A stretch of DNA of 20,000 nucleotides from an uncultured virus (IMG/VR IMGVR_UViG_3300025853_000059) (IMGVR_UViG_3300025853_000059); one strand, 5' to 3'; counted from the stretch's first letter, positions 9,954 to 18,145 are shown. Notes: generated by a model from the sequence alone, not told the origin. A program made the numbers and translations.

Positions 9954-11816
9954 TTATAGTGGTACTACTCTACCTTTAATATCTGTATTAGGGTATTTAA
10001 CTTCAAAAATCATAGGATCAAGTGAAGGGTAAACTACTTCATTTAAAGTAGCTCCAACAACATCATAGGCATATTCACTATACCCTAAAGCAGTTTCATT
10101 TAAATTTGAAATAGATACATTTTTAACGGTTTGAACACCTTCTACTTTATCTAAAAGAATATATAAATCTTTTAACATAATAGGTTCATTAATCTGCCAC
10201 TTATCTATGTTAAAATAATCTGTTAAAGCATCAATACATTTTGTTAATACTTCATTATTATTATAATTAGGTAAAACTATAATATCAAAATTAATTCCTA
10301 TATTAATAACAAAAGCATCTTTAATTTTAATAGAATCATTAATCATCCTGTATTCAGAAAGATAAGTCATTAGATTACGTTTCAAAAGTGATGATGCTGT
10401 TCTTAATTTTTTAGTTGAATCGTAAGATAAAATATATAAATCTAAAATTGCAGGCAATTCCCCGGGTTGGTATTCTGCTATTTTAACAGGTTCAGCATAT
10501 GCTTTAGCTATAACTCCTAAATTAGAAGGCATTGATAATGCTCTAATTAAATAATCTTGTTTAGTTACAGTACGTAATTGATTTTGGAAATTACCAACAG
10601 CATTTTGTCTTAATTCTTCAACAGTATCTCCATCTTGACCCCCATCAGCAGCTAATGGATTATTTGATGCTAATGAGTTAAATATAGTATTAGCTAAAGT
10701 TGTATTTGTAAGATTTTGGTTTAAAAATACTACATTAGTATCATCAATTCCTGTTAAAGAATTAGATGGAGCATTAGCAGCTACTCCTCCTCCAGTTAAA
10801 TATCTAACTGTTAATGTTGTATTAGAAGGAGCAATTCCATAAGTATCTGTAAATACAAAGTTTAATGGAGAAAATGCTGTTGTAAGTTTTGACTTTTCAA
10901 ATGGTAAACCTAAACCTACATTATCTGGGTTAGGAATAATTTCTTCTGTATTACTTGAAGTACCACCAGCACCAAATTGAAGTTGAAGTGATCCGGTGTT
11001 TACAAAACGAGATGCAAATCTTCTTTGTACCTGTTTTAATTGAAGTAAGTATGGAACTTCTGTATCTGATGAGTAATTAGGATCGTTAGCATTCGTGTTT
11101 TTAATTGTATCGAACACATTTTCTTGGGCAAGGTTAGGTACTTCATACCATTCATTACCATTACTGTCAAATACGTCTAAAATACCTATAATATTAGTAT
11201 CATTAATAGTTCTAGTATCAAACCTTGTAGCAGCATTAAAATTAAATGTAGTAGATTTAATAGTTGCTGAAATAGCTTTTCTTTGTTTCTTTAAAAGATA
11301 ATATGTTGGTTGAGTTCCTTGTAATTGATATACAGAAATATCAGTTGGATCTAATGAACTTGATGCTGAGAAATCTACTACATCTTCAATTAAGAATTGT
11401 AAACCTGAGTTTAAATTAGAGGAGATTGTAGTGTTTTGAGGTAATTTAAGACAATAATCAAAATCTGGAACTGTAGTACTACCACTTACCTTTGCGGGTA
11501 ATTGCTGGTAGATATCAATCATAACTGAAGCTGCTGTAGTGACTTTAGGGGTATAACCTAACATATAAGCTAAGTTAAATAAGTTTTCAGTTTGTCTAGC
11601 TTTTGTAATAAAAGTTTCTTGAATTTGGTTATCTAAGTAAAATGATAAAACATCACCTACATAAGATGCCATTTCCATAAACAGCATACCTGTAGAAGTA
11701 TCTGTAAAGTCATTATAAGTATTAGGGAAATAGGTTTTAGAATACTCAATTAAAGCACTTCTAAAATCATTAAAATCCCTATTAATATATCTTATATCTC
11801 TATTTAAATTAGCCAT
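9954..11816 (-). CDS. gp6: Baseplate wedge subunit, T4 gp6 / baseplate J-like
   Basis: 620 aa with motifs Y.NRDF..FR..L...YFP..Y.DF...S.G.LF.E..SYVGDVLSFYLD, LA..LGYTP, LQFG.G, VRYLTGGG, GG.DG.T.EELR.NA and Q.R.VT..DY. Confidence 0.9.
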   Translation of the reverse strand: MANLNRDIRYINRDFNDFRSALIEYSKTYFPNTYNDFTDTSTGMLFMEMASYVGDVLSFYLDNQIQETFITKARQTENLFNLAYMLGYTPKVTTAASVMIDIYQQLPAKVSGSTTVPDFDYCLKLPQNTTISSNLNSGLQFLIEDVVDFSASSSLDPTDISVYQLQGTQPTYYLLKKQRKAISATIKSTTFNFNAATRFDTRTINDTNIIGILDVFDSNGNEWYEVPNLAQENVFDTIKNTNANDPNYSSDTEVPYLLQLKQVQRRFASRFVNTGSLQLQFGAGGTSSNTEEIIPNPDNVGLGLPFEKSKLTTAFSPLNFVFTDTYGIAPSNTTLTVRYLTGGGVAANAPSNSLTGIDDTNVVFLNQNLTNTTLANTIFNSLASNNPLAADGGQDGDTVEELRQNAVGNFQNQLRTVTKQDYLIRALSMPSNLGVIAKAYAEPVKIAEYQPGELPAILDLYILSYDSTKKLRTASSLLKRNLMTYLSEYRMINDSIKIKDAFVINIGINFDIIVLPNYNNNEVLTKCIDALTDYFNIDKWQINEPIMLKDLYILLDKVEGVQTVKNVSISNLNETALGYSEYAYDVVGATLNEVVYPSLDPMIFEVKYPNTDIKGRVVPL

Positions 11817-12223
11817 TATTGTAATAATATATTAACAGTATCTTCAATTCCAAATAAAACTATTTCATAGGTTAAGATAAAATTAGTAGTATTTTCATCT
11901 GGGTTTGTTATAAAATCTAGTTCTTTTACTTTTACCATTGGGAAATAATTTTTAATACTATTTTGAATAGTAAATTTTAAATTTTCCTCTAACCCAACCT
12001 CAACTTGTTCAAATAATAAAGATTTTAAATCTGCTCCAAATTCAGGATTTAATATTCTTTCGCCTTTATTAGTTAATAACCAATTTACTAAATTAGCTTT
12101 AATTTGATCAGCAGTTGTATAAGTAGGCACAAACACAGCATCACCATTTATAGGTAATCCAAACCCAACAGCTTTTCTAGCTTCGGTATCAATAGGATAT
12201 TTATTTGCTATAATTTGTGCCAT
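11816..12223 (-). CDS. gp25: Baseplate wedge subunit gp25-like (GPW/gp25 family)
   Basis: 135 aa with the motif QIKANL.NWLLTNKGER..NPEFGADL..LLFE. It is coupled to gp6 by a TAATG overlap. Confidence 0.9.
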   Translation of the reverse strand: MAQIIANKYPIDTEARKAVGFGLPINGDAVFVPTYTTADQIKANLVNWLLTNKGERILNPEFGADLKSLLFEQVEVGLEENLKFTIQNSIKNYFPMVKVKELDFITNPDENTTNFILTYEIVLFGIEDTVNILLQ

Positions 12224-12226
12224 TTA

Positions 12227-12577
12227 TTATTTTGTCATTAACCCCATAATTTGACTCATATCAACTTCCCCTGCTGGTAAAGTACCATTTGCGGCATCGT
12301 ACCCTGCTTGTGGTCTAAATGATTGAGCTTGTGAGGAATTGAATGAAAGTGTTGTTTCACCTAATGCTTGCTCGTATAAGTTACGTTTTTGTTCAGCAGT
12401 CATTGATGGTTGGGTTGAAACACCTACATAAGGAGCTTCTGGTTTGATTGATTCTTGTACAACTGCTACAGATCCTTTTGGAGCACGAACTGCTTCCAAA
12501 AGAATATCTTTCAATTCCTCTTGGATTGCCTCTTTTACGGCATCTTTGATCATTTTTTTAAGTTCTGTAGATTTCAT
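12227..12577 (-). CDS. Hypothetical protein with charged amphipathic N-terminal helix
   Basis: 116-aa ORF starting MKSTELKKMIKDAVKEAIQEELKDILLEAV. The ATATTTATA motif ends 6 nt upstream of the ATG. Confidence 0.75.
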   Translation of the reverse strand: MKSTELKKMIKDAVKEAIQEELKDILLEAVRAPKGSVAVVQESIKPEAPYVGVSTQPSMTAEQKRNLYEQALGETTLSFNSSQAQSFRPQAGYDAANGTLPAGEVDMSQIMGLMTK

Positions 12578-12583
12578 TTTTGT

Positions 12584-12592
12584 TATAAATAT
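12584..12592 (-). promoter_or_regulatory. Putative late promoter ATATTTATA
   Basis: 6 nt upstream of ATG 12577. Confidence 0.6.
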
Positions 12593-12613
12593 TAAAATTA
12601 ATTGTTTTTTTCA

Positions 12614-13864
12614 TTATTGTACAACTGTTCTATCAAATACCCACTTATAAAGTGTTTCATTCCACTTATAATAGGTAACTGTTCTAGGGAATGTGTTAGT
12701 AGTAGCTATTGTGTTTACCTCTCCATTATATGCTCCTTTTCGAGTAAAAGGTGCATAAGATACTGTGTGTTGAACCCATCTTTTTTGAGAACCACCTAAC
12801 CAACGCCAAGCTTGACCACCTTGAAATCTAACCTCTCCATCTACAGTACCGGCTGTAGTAAATGGTGTGTAATCTGGTGGTGGTGGAGTACCTGATGTTG
12901 AAGATGATGAACCTATAAGACCACCTCCACTACCAACACCCCCATTAATGTTAGGGTCATTTACATCTTGAACTGAGCCTGTAAGTGCTGAAGATGTAAT
13001 AATTCTAGCTAAAGAAGGATATCTTTGTAAATAACTATCAATCCTAAATTTGGCTTCTTCTACTAATATTTGGGTAGATACTGAGTATGAATATTGAGCA
13101 TCATCTGTATTAAATAATTTAATATCAGATCTTACTAGATTAGTACCTCTTACTCTTCTTGAAGGAAAACTAAATTCATTTTGATCATTAAACTGGATTT
13201 CTAGTTTAAAGTTTTGGTAAATTAAAGGATTATTAGAATTAGGTCTTAATCTCTCTAATAAAAGATCATTACTTAATGCATTCAAATCAGGATTAGAAAA
13301 ATCTCCTGTTTGTGTCAAAGAAAAATTTAATTCATCTATAAAAGCATTTTTCTCATCCTCATTCATCCCTTCAACAGCTTCAGTAATACAAACTTGAATT
13401 AACCCATCTAAAGCTCTTAATGAAGTTAATACAGGATCAATAGATGTAGTTATACTTCTTAAAGCACCAGGAATTACCTTTACTAATCCTTTATTCTTTT
13501 TCAAGGCATCCCCAATAGTATCTAATGTGTTAGAAAGTATAGTAATAACATTTAAGGGTAAACCTACCCCAGGAGGAACAGATGTTGGTATAGGGATAGC
13601 TTTTACAGTTGTTACAACTAATGAAAGAGTAGAAATAATATTATCTATTGTACTTGCTGTTGAACTTAAATTATTTAAAGTTTTATTAATATTTTGAAGG
13701 GCAGAAGTAATTTGGTTTTTTGTTTTAATTATAGCAATTAATCTCTCCTTAGGAGGACACCCTTTTTGAAAATCAGAAATAAGATCATCTACAGTTCCTT
13801 GGAACTTTATTGAACTTTTTACTGATTTAGTAATACTCCTTATAATTAATCTTTCTAATCCCAT
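12614..13864 (-). CDS. Hypothetical virion-associated protein: helical N-terminus, Gly/Ser/Pro linker, two C-terminal Trp-rich repeats
   Basis: 416-aa ORF coupled by a TAATG overlap to the spike-like gene. Confidence 0.7.
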   Translation of the reverse strand: MGLERLIIRSITKSVKSSIKFQGTVDDLISDFQKGCPPKERLIAIIKTKNQITSALQNINKTLNNLSSTASTIDNIISTLSLVVTTVKAIPIPTSVPPGVGLPLNVITILSNTLDTIGDALKKNKGLVKVIPGALRSITTSIDPVLTSLRALDGLIQVCITEAVEGMNEDEKNAFIDELNFSLTQTGDFSNPDLNALSNDLLLERLRPNSNNPLIYQNFKLEIQFNDQNEFSFPSRRVRGTNLVRSDIKLFNTDDAQYSYSVSTQILVEEAKFRIDSYLQRYPSLARIITSSALTGSVQDVNDPNINGGVGSGGGLIGSSSSTSGTPPPPDYTPFTTAGTVDGEVRFQGGQAWRWLGGSQKRWVQHTVSYAPFTRKGAYNGEVNTIATTNTFPRTVTYYKWNETLYKWVFDRTVVQ

Positions 13865-15096
13865 TATTTAGTTTTACTTACTTTTGATTTGTAAGTTTGA
13901 ATTTTATTTAACATTTGGGTTGCTGTTTGAGTCACCTGAACCGCAGGACCCGGGATAGCAACATTAGGAACAAATGGTGCTGGGGTTCCTACAGGTGTTT
14001 GAAGTGCTGTACTTAATGCTATAATATTTGTAAGTAATTTACTTAAATCTGTTAAAAATTTATCTCCTAAAATTACTGATTCTGTTGCATTTTTATCTCC
14101 TAAATAAACATTATTAGATTGTAATATAGTTTTGGGAGAATCAATATTAACGCTATCTACAGCATTTAAATTAATAGATTTAGCTGAAGAAAGTAATAAG
14201 TGATCTTCTTTAGTATTAAAAACTAACCTACCAGAATTTAAAATAATTTGTTCTCCTGCAAATTGGTTTGGGTTTGTGGGAGATGTTGAATAAGATTTAT
14301 AAGATGTACTAGATGCTTCTAAAGGAATTATTTGGGTTGAAGTTAAATAAACAGAAGAACCCTGTTTGTTAATATCTTCTACTTGTGGTACCCAAGGATC
14401 TTTACCATCATCATATTGATTATTTCTTAAAATAACAATAGGATCACCATTTTCTCCATCTTTAGACCACTCATTGGGGATATTAGCATTTTTAACAGTT
14501 GAACCAAATCTTAAACCTTGCCCCCATCTACCTTCGTAAATTATATCTCCTTGATAAGGAAGTAATGTTTTAACTGTTAACCTTTCAGTAAAAGTAGTTC
14601 CTAAATCAATTTCAGTCCCCCCGTCTGTTACTCTTCTTACAGCTCCTGCTTCGGTTTGGATATAATCTCTTTGTTGAGATTCAGGAATATTCCCAGCTCC
14701 AATAATAGGATCTGGGATGGCATTATGATGGTTATTATTCCAAAAATTAATAGCATGGAAATAATAATATTGAATAGTACCTGGTGTTTTTTCAGAGGCA
14801 TTACTAGGTAATCCAATTAAATAAACAACTTCATTTTTTAATGGGTAATGTTTTTGGTTTGGGAAAAGAGGTCTTGCAAAGTTTTTATCGGTAACTGTTG
14901 GGTTAGAGTTTGTATTCACAGTCGAAGCCCAAAAAATACACCCAATACCACCCCATTCACCATATTGATTAAAAGCATTAGAATCTTCTTTATCATCTAA
15001 TATAGTGTATAATACCCTCCCAGGAAAAATACTTGCTTGAGTAGGGGCTGCTGAGGGTGAGGGTGAACTTGCTTGACCTGTGGATCTTTTAGCCAT
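13864..15096 (-). CDS. Putative baseplate central spike/hub (gp5/gpV-like, no obvious lysozyme domain)
   Basis: 410 aa. The N-terminus is OB-like (ARPLFP....YPL.NE.V.L), followed by GD...EGRWGQ.LRFGST and beta-strand repeats QIILNSGRLVFN...LLLSSAKSINLNA..SVNIDS...VYLG..ATESVILGD, as in spike beta-helices. It lies upstream of gp25/gp6. Confidence 0.6.
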   Translation of the reverse strand: MAKRSTGQASSPSPSAAPTQASIFPGRVLYTILDDKEDSNAFNQYGEWGGIGCIFWASTVNTNSNPTVTDKNFARPLFPNQKHYPLKNEVVYLIGLPSNASEKTPGTIQYYYFHAINFWNNNHHNAIPDPIIGAGNIPESQQRDYIQTEAGAVRRVTDGGTEIDLGTTFTERLTVKTLLPYQGDIIYEGRWGQGLRFGSTVKNANIPNEWSKDGENGDPIVILRNNQYDDGKDPWVPQVEDINKQGSSVYLTSTQIIPLEASSTSYKSYSTSPTNPNQFAGEQIILNSGRLVFNTKEDHLLLSSAKSINLNAVDSVNIDSPKTILQSNNVYLGDKNATESVILGDKFLTDLSKLLTNIIALSTALQTPVGTPAPFVPNVAIPGPAVQVTQTATQMLNKIQTYKSKVSKTK

Positions 15097-15449
15097 TATT
15101 TTTCTTCCTTACCTTTTTTACCTTGTAAATCTTCCATTGCCTCAAGTAATTGAGCTTTTTCTTCTTCAGAAATACCAAAACTACCATCCTCATTTTGACC
15201 TGATTGAAGAGCACGTTGAACAATTGTAGCCATTTTGATAAGTTGCTCATCATTTTTAACTCCAATTTCCATGTATTCTTTAATCAAGGGAACAATAAGG
15301 GTAGCATCTCCAATTTCATTAATTAAAGGTTTTAATTCTGAGATTAGAGCTGTTACTTGTGCTTCCTTTTTCTTTTGGTTGTTATAAATTTCCTCTAAAA
15401 TATCGGAAAATTTTTTCTTACCAAAGACTATTGAATCTAACTGTCCCAT
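15096..15449 (-). CDS. Conserved hypothetical helical protein
   Basis: 117-aa ORF, predicted all-helical, preceded by the ATATTTATA motif inside a hairpin. Confidence 0.75.
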   Translation of the reverse strand: MGQLDSIVFGKKKFSDILEEIYNNQKKKEAQVTALISELKPLINEIGDATLIVPLIKEYMEIGVKNDEQLIKMATIVQRALQSGQNEDGSFGISEEEKAQLLEAMEDLQGKKGKEEK

Positions 15450-15458
15450 AGTTTTATT

Positions 15459-15467
15459 TATAAATAT
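15459..15467 (-). promoter_or_regulatory. Putative late promoter ATATTTATA
   Basis: 9 nt upstream of ATG 15449, within a 10-bp inverted repeat. A second copy lies at 15514-15522, inside the end of the sigma gene. Confidence 0.6.
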
Positions 15468-15482
15468 ATCTAAATAAAACCT

Positions 15483-16289
15483 TTAGGATGGGAATTTCCC
15501 GTGTTCCAAATAGTATAAATATTTTTCCTTAAAGATATCGTATAAAACGTTAGCTATTTTAGTAATTTTGGGGGTTTTTACATCTACTTGTTCGCGAATG
15601 TAGATATAAAGAGCTTTTTTATTAAATACATCAATCGCATCTCTTTTTCTAAATAATTCTAAGATAGCATCTGCGATTTGGGCATCGTATTCTTTATTAA
15701 AAATTTCAAAGATATGTTCTGTACAATATTCTACATAACGATCTATAAACCAAGATAATTTATCTTCATGTTTATAACCTTGAGCCCCTAATTCATCATC
15801 TAAATAATCTTCGGTTTCTACAATATTATTGATTTCATTATCCATTCTTTTAGAAGTAATAAAACCTGGGTCTGAGGTATCTAAATTGGAATAATTTGAA
15901 AGATCTGTAATTGGAATATTATTTACTTTTTTCTTATAATTTTTTTGATTGTATACAATTAACCATCGTTTTACAATAGTACCAAAATAAGAATATGCTT
16001 TAGCTCCCTTAGAAGGATCAAATAAATGGATTTTAGATAGAAGAAATGTCATTATTTCATGTTGAAGATCTTCTAAATTCTCCACACCATCAGTATAATA
16101 AAACTTAAATGTGTGGATTATATTTTCTGTTAGCTTGTAAAAGGGCCAATGGATATGACGCTCATAAATTTTACTACGTTCTTCGGGATCAATAGAATTA
16201 TTATATTTTACAATAGCTTGTTCTGTTTCTTTTGTAAAATATCTTCTACTTTGTTTTTCGCTTTTTTTAGCTCTAATTATATGGTCCAT
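15483..16289 (-). CDS. gp55: Phage RNA polymerase sigma factor for late transcription (T4 gp55-like)
   Basis: 268 aa with YFTKETE.AI..YN, KL.ENII..FKF, DL..E....L...I..FDPSKGAKAYSYFGTIVKRWL. This matches the sigma region-2 FDP.K...AY.YF..I motif typical of gp55. Confidence 0.75.
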   Translation of the reverse strand: MDHIIRAKKSEKQSRRYFTKETEQAIVKYNNSIDPEERSKIYERHIHWPFYKLTENIIHTFKFYYTDGVENLEDLQHEIMTFLLSKIHLFDPSKGAKAYSYFGTIVKRWLIVYNQKNYKKKVNNIPITDLSNYSNLDTSDPGFITSKRMDNEINNIVETEDYLDDELGAQGYKHEDKLSWFIDRYVEYCTEHIFEIFNKEYDAQIADAILELFRKRDAIDVFNKKALYIYIREQVDVKTPKITKIANVLYDIFKEKYLYYLEHGKFPS

Positions 16290-16296
16290 AGGGGTT

Positions 16297-16578
16297 TTAG
16301 GATTTTTTCAACTTGAAATCATTTAAGATGTCTTGAATCTTTTTGATTTGCTCGAAGAAAAAACCTACTTCATCATCTGAACGGAATGACCCTTTATAGT
16401 CAATCTTTTTTAATTTTTCATCTGATGCTTCTATAACCTTTGAAATCTTTTCTAAATAGATAAGATAACCTACTACGATATCCTCGGCTCTTTCGTTTTT
16501 ACGTAATAGGTTGATGGTCGTGAATCCTAAGACCACGACCAAAACTGACAAAACTGTAATTACTATTGTGGTAATCAT
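16297..16578 (-). CDS. Small membrane-anchored protein
   Basis: 93 aa with an N-terminal hydrophobic helix ITTIVITVLSVLVVVLGFTTI. ATGA overlap with the HD gene. Confidence 0.75.
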   Translation of the reverse strand: MITTIVITVLSVLVVVLGFTTINLLRKNERAEDIVVGYLIYLEKISKVIEASDEKLKKIDYKGSFRSDDEVGFFFEQIKKIQDILNDFKLKKS

Positions 16579-17369
16579 AAATTATCTAACATATTTTTCA
16601 ACCCTTCACTTTTAATAGAACCCAATGCTTTGGATTTTGTTGAAGATGTGGATTTAGTATTAGTATTAGTACCTAATGTAAAATTATTTTTCTTGGTATC
16701 CAAGTTATTGTTTTCTCCTCTTAACTTAGGTAACCATTCACGCTCAAACTCAATACGTGCTGCCATTAAATCTGCTTGGTGAAGAATAAATGGTAAACAA
16801 GTACGAGGCTTTTGTTCTGGCATATAGGTCATAAGATACTTTTTATTAGCATCATCATATAAACCATCATGAGTCTGGATAGCAACCATTTCATTAAATG
16901 AATATTGGATACCATTGGATTGAAGGAGGTATAAACCACGATCAGGTACTGAAGCGAAAGGAACTTTAGTGTTGAACATATAATCTTCACCTAGTTTTTC
17001 CTTTCTCCATTTATCAGTCTGGGGGATATATGATTCTTCATTTTCATCTCCCATTTTACCTAAATCATGATTAATAGCAGAGAATACGAGTTCTTCCTTT
17101 GTAAATGTAGTCATATCTGCTCCTTCATCTGACCATAGATCATATTGTTTAAGGGCACAACGTACAACACGATTTACATGCTCAACATATCCACCTGGGA
17201 ATGCATTGTGATATTCTTTTTTATGAGCAGCAGGCATAAGCATAATACGCTCTTGATACTTTTCATAAAATTCAATCAATTTACGCTTACGCTCCCCAGT
17301 AATATGGGCATCAATATTAGCCATAAATTGAACCCAATTGTTTTGGATATCTTTTGCTTCTAAAATCAT
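16575..17369 (-). CDS. HD-domain metal-dependent phosphohydrolase, YhaM-like
   Basis: 264 aa with PAA....YHNAFPGGYVEH, HDLGK, I.THDG and LHQADLMAA, the YhaM/CBF1-type HD signature. No N-terminal OB domain. Confidence 0.85.
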   Translation of the reverse strand: MILEAKDIQNNWVQFMANIDAHITGERKRKLIEFYEKYQERIMLMPAAHKKEYHNAFPGGYVEHVNRVVRCALKQYDLWSDEGADMTTFTKEELVFSAINHDLGKMGDENEESYIPQTDKWRKEKLGEDYMFNTKVPFASVPDRGLYLLQSNGIQYSFNEMVAIQTHDGLYDDANKKYLMTYMPEQKPRTCLPFILHQADLMAARIEFEREWLPKLRGENNNLDTKKNNFTLGTNTNTKSTSSTKSKALGSIKSEGLKNMLDNL

Positions 17370-17385
17370 AACTTTTATTTAAATA

Positions 17386-17574
17386 TTATCCGTTTCTAAG
17401 TGGTGTAAGATTTCTTTCTACTAATGATTTAAGATCACTTACTAATTCCTCAAGTTGTCCAAGCTCATTTTTAAAATCATTTACACTTGATTGACGACTT
17501 AATAAATAATTTAATGTTTTAATCTTACCATCAATTTGGTCAAAACGTTTGTCGATTAATTCTTGATTACGCAT
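17386..17574 (-). CDS. Small coiled-coil hypothetical protein
   Basis: The ORF track gives 17386..17628. The internal ATG at 17574 (MRNQELIDKRF..., 62 aa) has the A-rich context TATAAACAT-ATG and is the more likely start. Confidence 0.65.
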   Translation of the reverse strand: MRNQELIDKRFDQIDGKIKTLNYLLSRQSSVNDFKNELGQLEELVSDLKSLVERNLTPLRNG

Positions 17575-17670
17575 ATGTTTATATTTAATATTTTTAATAT
17601 TTCGGAAGTACCTCCCCCCCTCATTCATCCCTTATTTCTCTATATCTCTTTTTCCCCTTAACCCGTACTC

Positions 17671-17701
17671 CAAATATAATATAGGGAAAAATTAACTCCA
17701 A
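17671..17701 (-). promoter_or_regulatory. Bacteroidota-type housekeeping promoter (-33 TTG / -7 TAnnTTTG)
   Basis: Minus strand TTG-N20-TATATTTG in an intergenic region upstream of the HD/sigma gene group. Confidence 0.65.
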
Positions 17702-17708
17702 GCTAAGA

Positions 17709-18131
17709 TTAAAATTCTTTTGATTTGTCTAGGATTTTTTTAAGATGTGCACACTTTTCATATTCTTCATGTTGCTCGAAAAATGAAATACCTAGTTTAA
17801 GTGCTGTATCTAAATATTCGTCTGTGTATTTGTTTATTGCTATAATGTGTTCTTCAACGTCTATATTTACGTTTTGTATGTAATGCCATGCCCTATGGTA
17901 AACCACGAATTCCCCCGCGTCTTTCATGTCTTCTACGTCAAGTTCTTGGTTTGATTCTTTGAAAAATTTAAGGACTTTTTTATTAAAATTAATGTGATTG
18001 AGAACAAGTTTTTTATACATTCCAATCCAGTAAATTGGGGTTTGAGAAAAATCTATTTGAACCTCAGAATTCACCCCATCCAATTCTTCATTGGCTGAAA
18101 ATAAAGAGAATATATTATTTAGGTTAATCAT
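17709..18131 (-). CDS. Hypothetical protein with C-terminal UVR (UvrB/UvrC)-like motif
   Basis: The C-terminus reads LKLGISFFEQHEEYEKCAHLKKILD. The start is probably ATG 18131 (MINLNNIF) rather than 18143, which falls inside the promoter motif. Confidence 0.7.
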   Translation of the reverse strand: MINLNNIFSLFSANEELDGVNSEVQIDFSQTPIYWIGMYKKLVLNHINFNKKVLKFFKESNQELDVEDMKDAGEFVVYHRAWHYIQNVNIDVEEHIIAINKYTDEYLDTALKLGISFFEQHEEYEKCAHLKKILDKSKEF

Positions 18132-18136
18132 CTTAG

Positions 18137-18145
18137 TATACATAT
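18137..18145 (-). promoter_or_regulatory. Putative late promoter variant ATATGTATA
   Basis: 5 nt upstream of ATG 18131, within a 10-bp inverted repeat. Confidence 0.5.

Noticed and set aside
15096..15449. Small terminase subunit
   Set aside because: Size and helicity are compatible, but there is no diagnostic motif and no large terminase nearby, so it was left as hypothetical.
1569..17363. Short nested ORFs 1569-1760, 6949-7176, 11095-11301, 12444-12650, 12602-12799 and 17145-17363
   Set aside because: All are antisense or out of frame within longer, motif-supported genes, with no recognisable motifs of their own.
16575..17369. DatZ-type dATPase of 2-aminoadenine (Z) genomes
   Set aside because: The motifs fit the YhaM-like HD subfamily, and no purZ or mazZ is present in the window.
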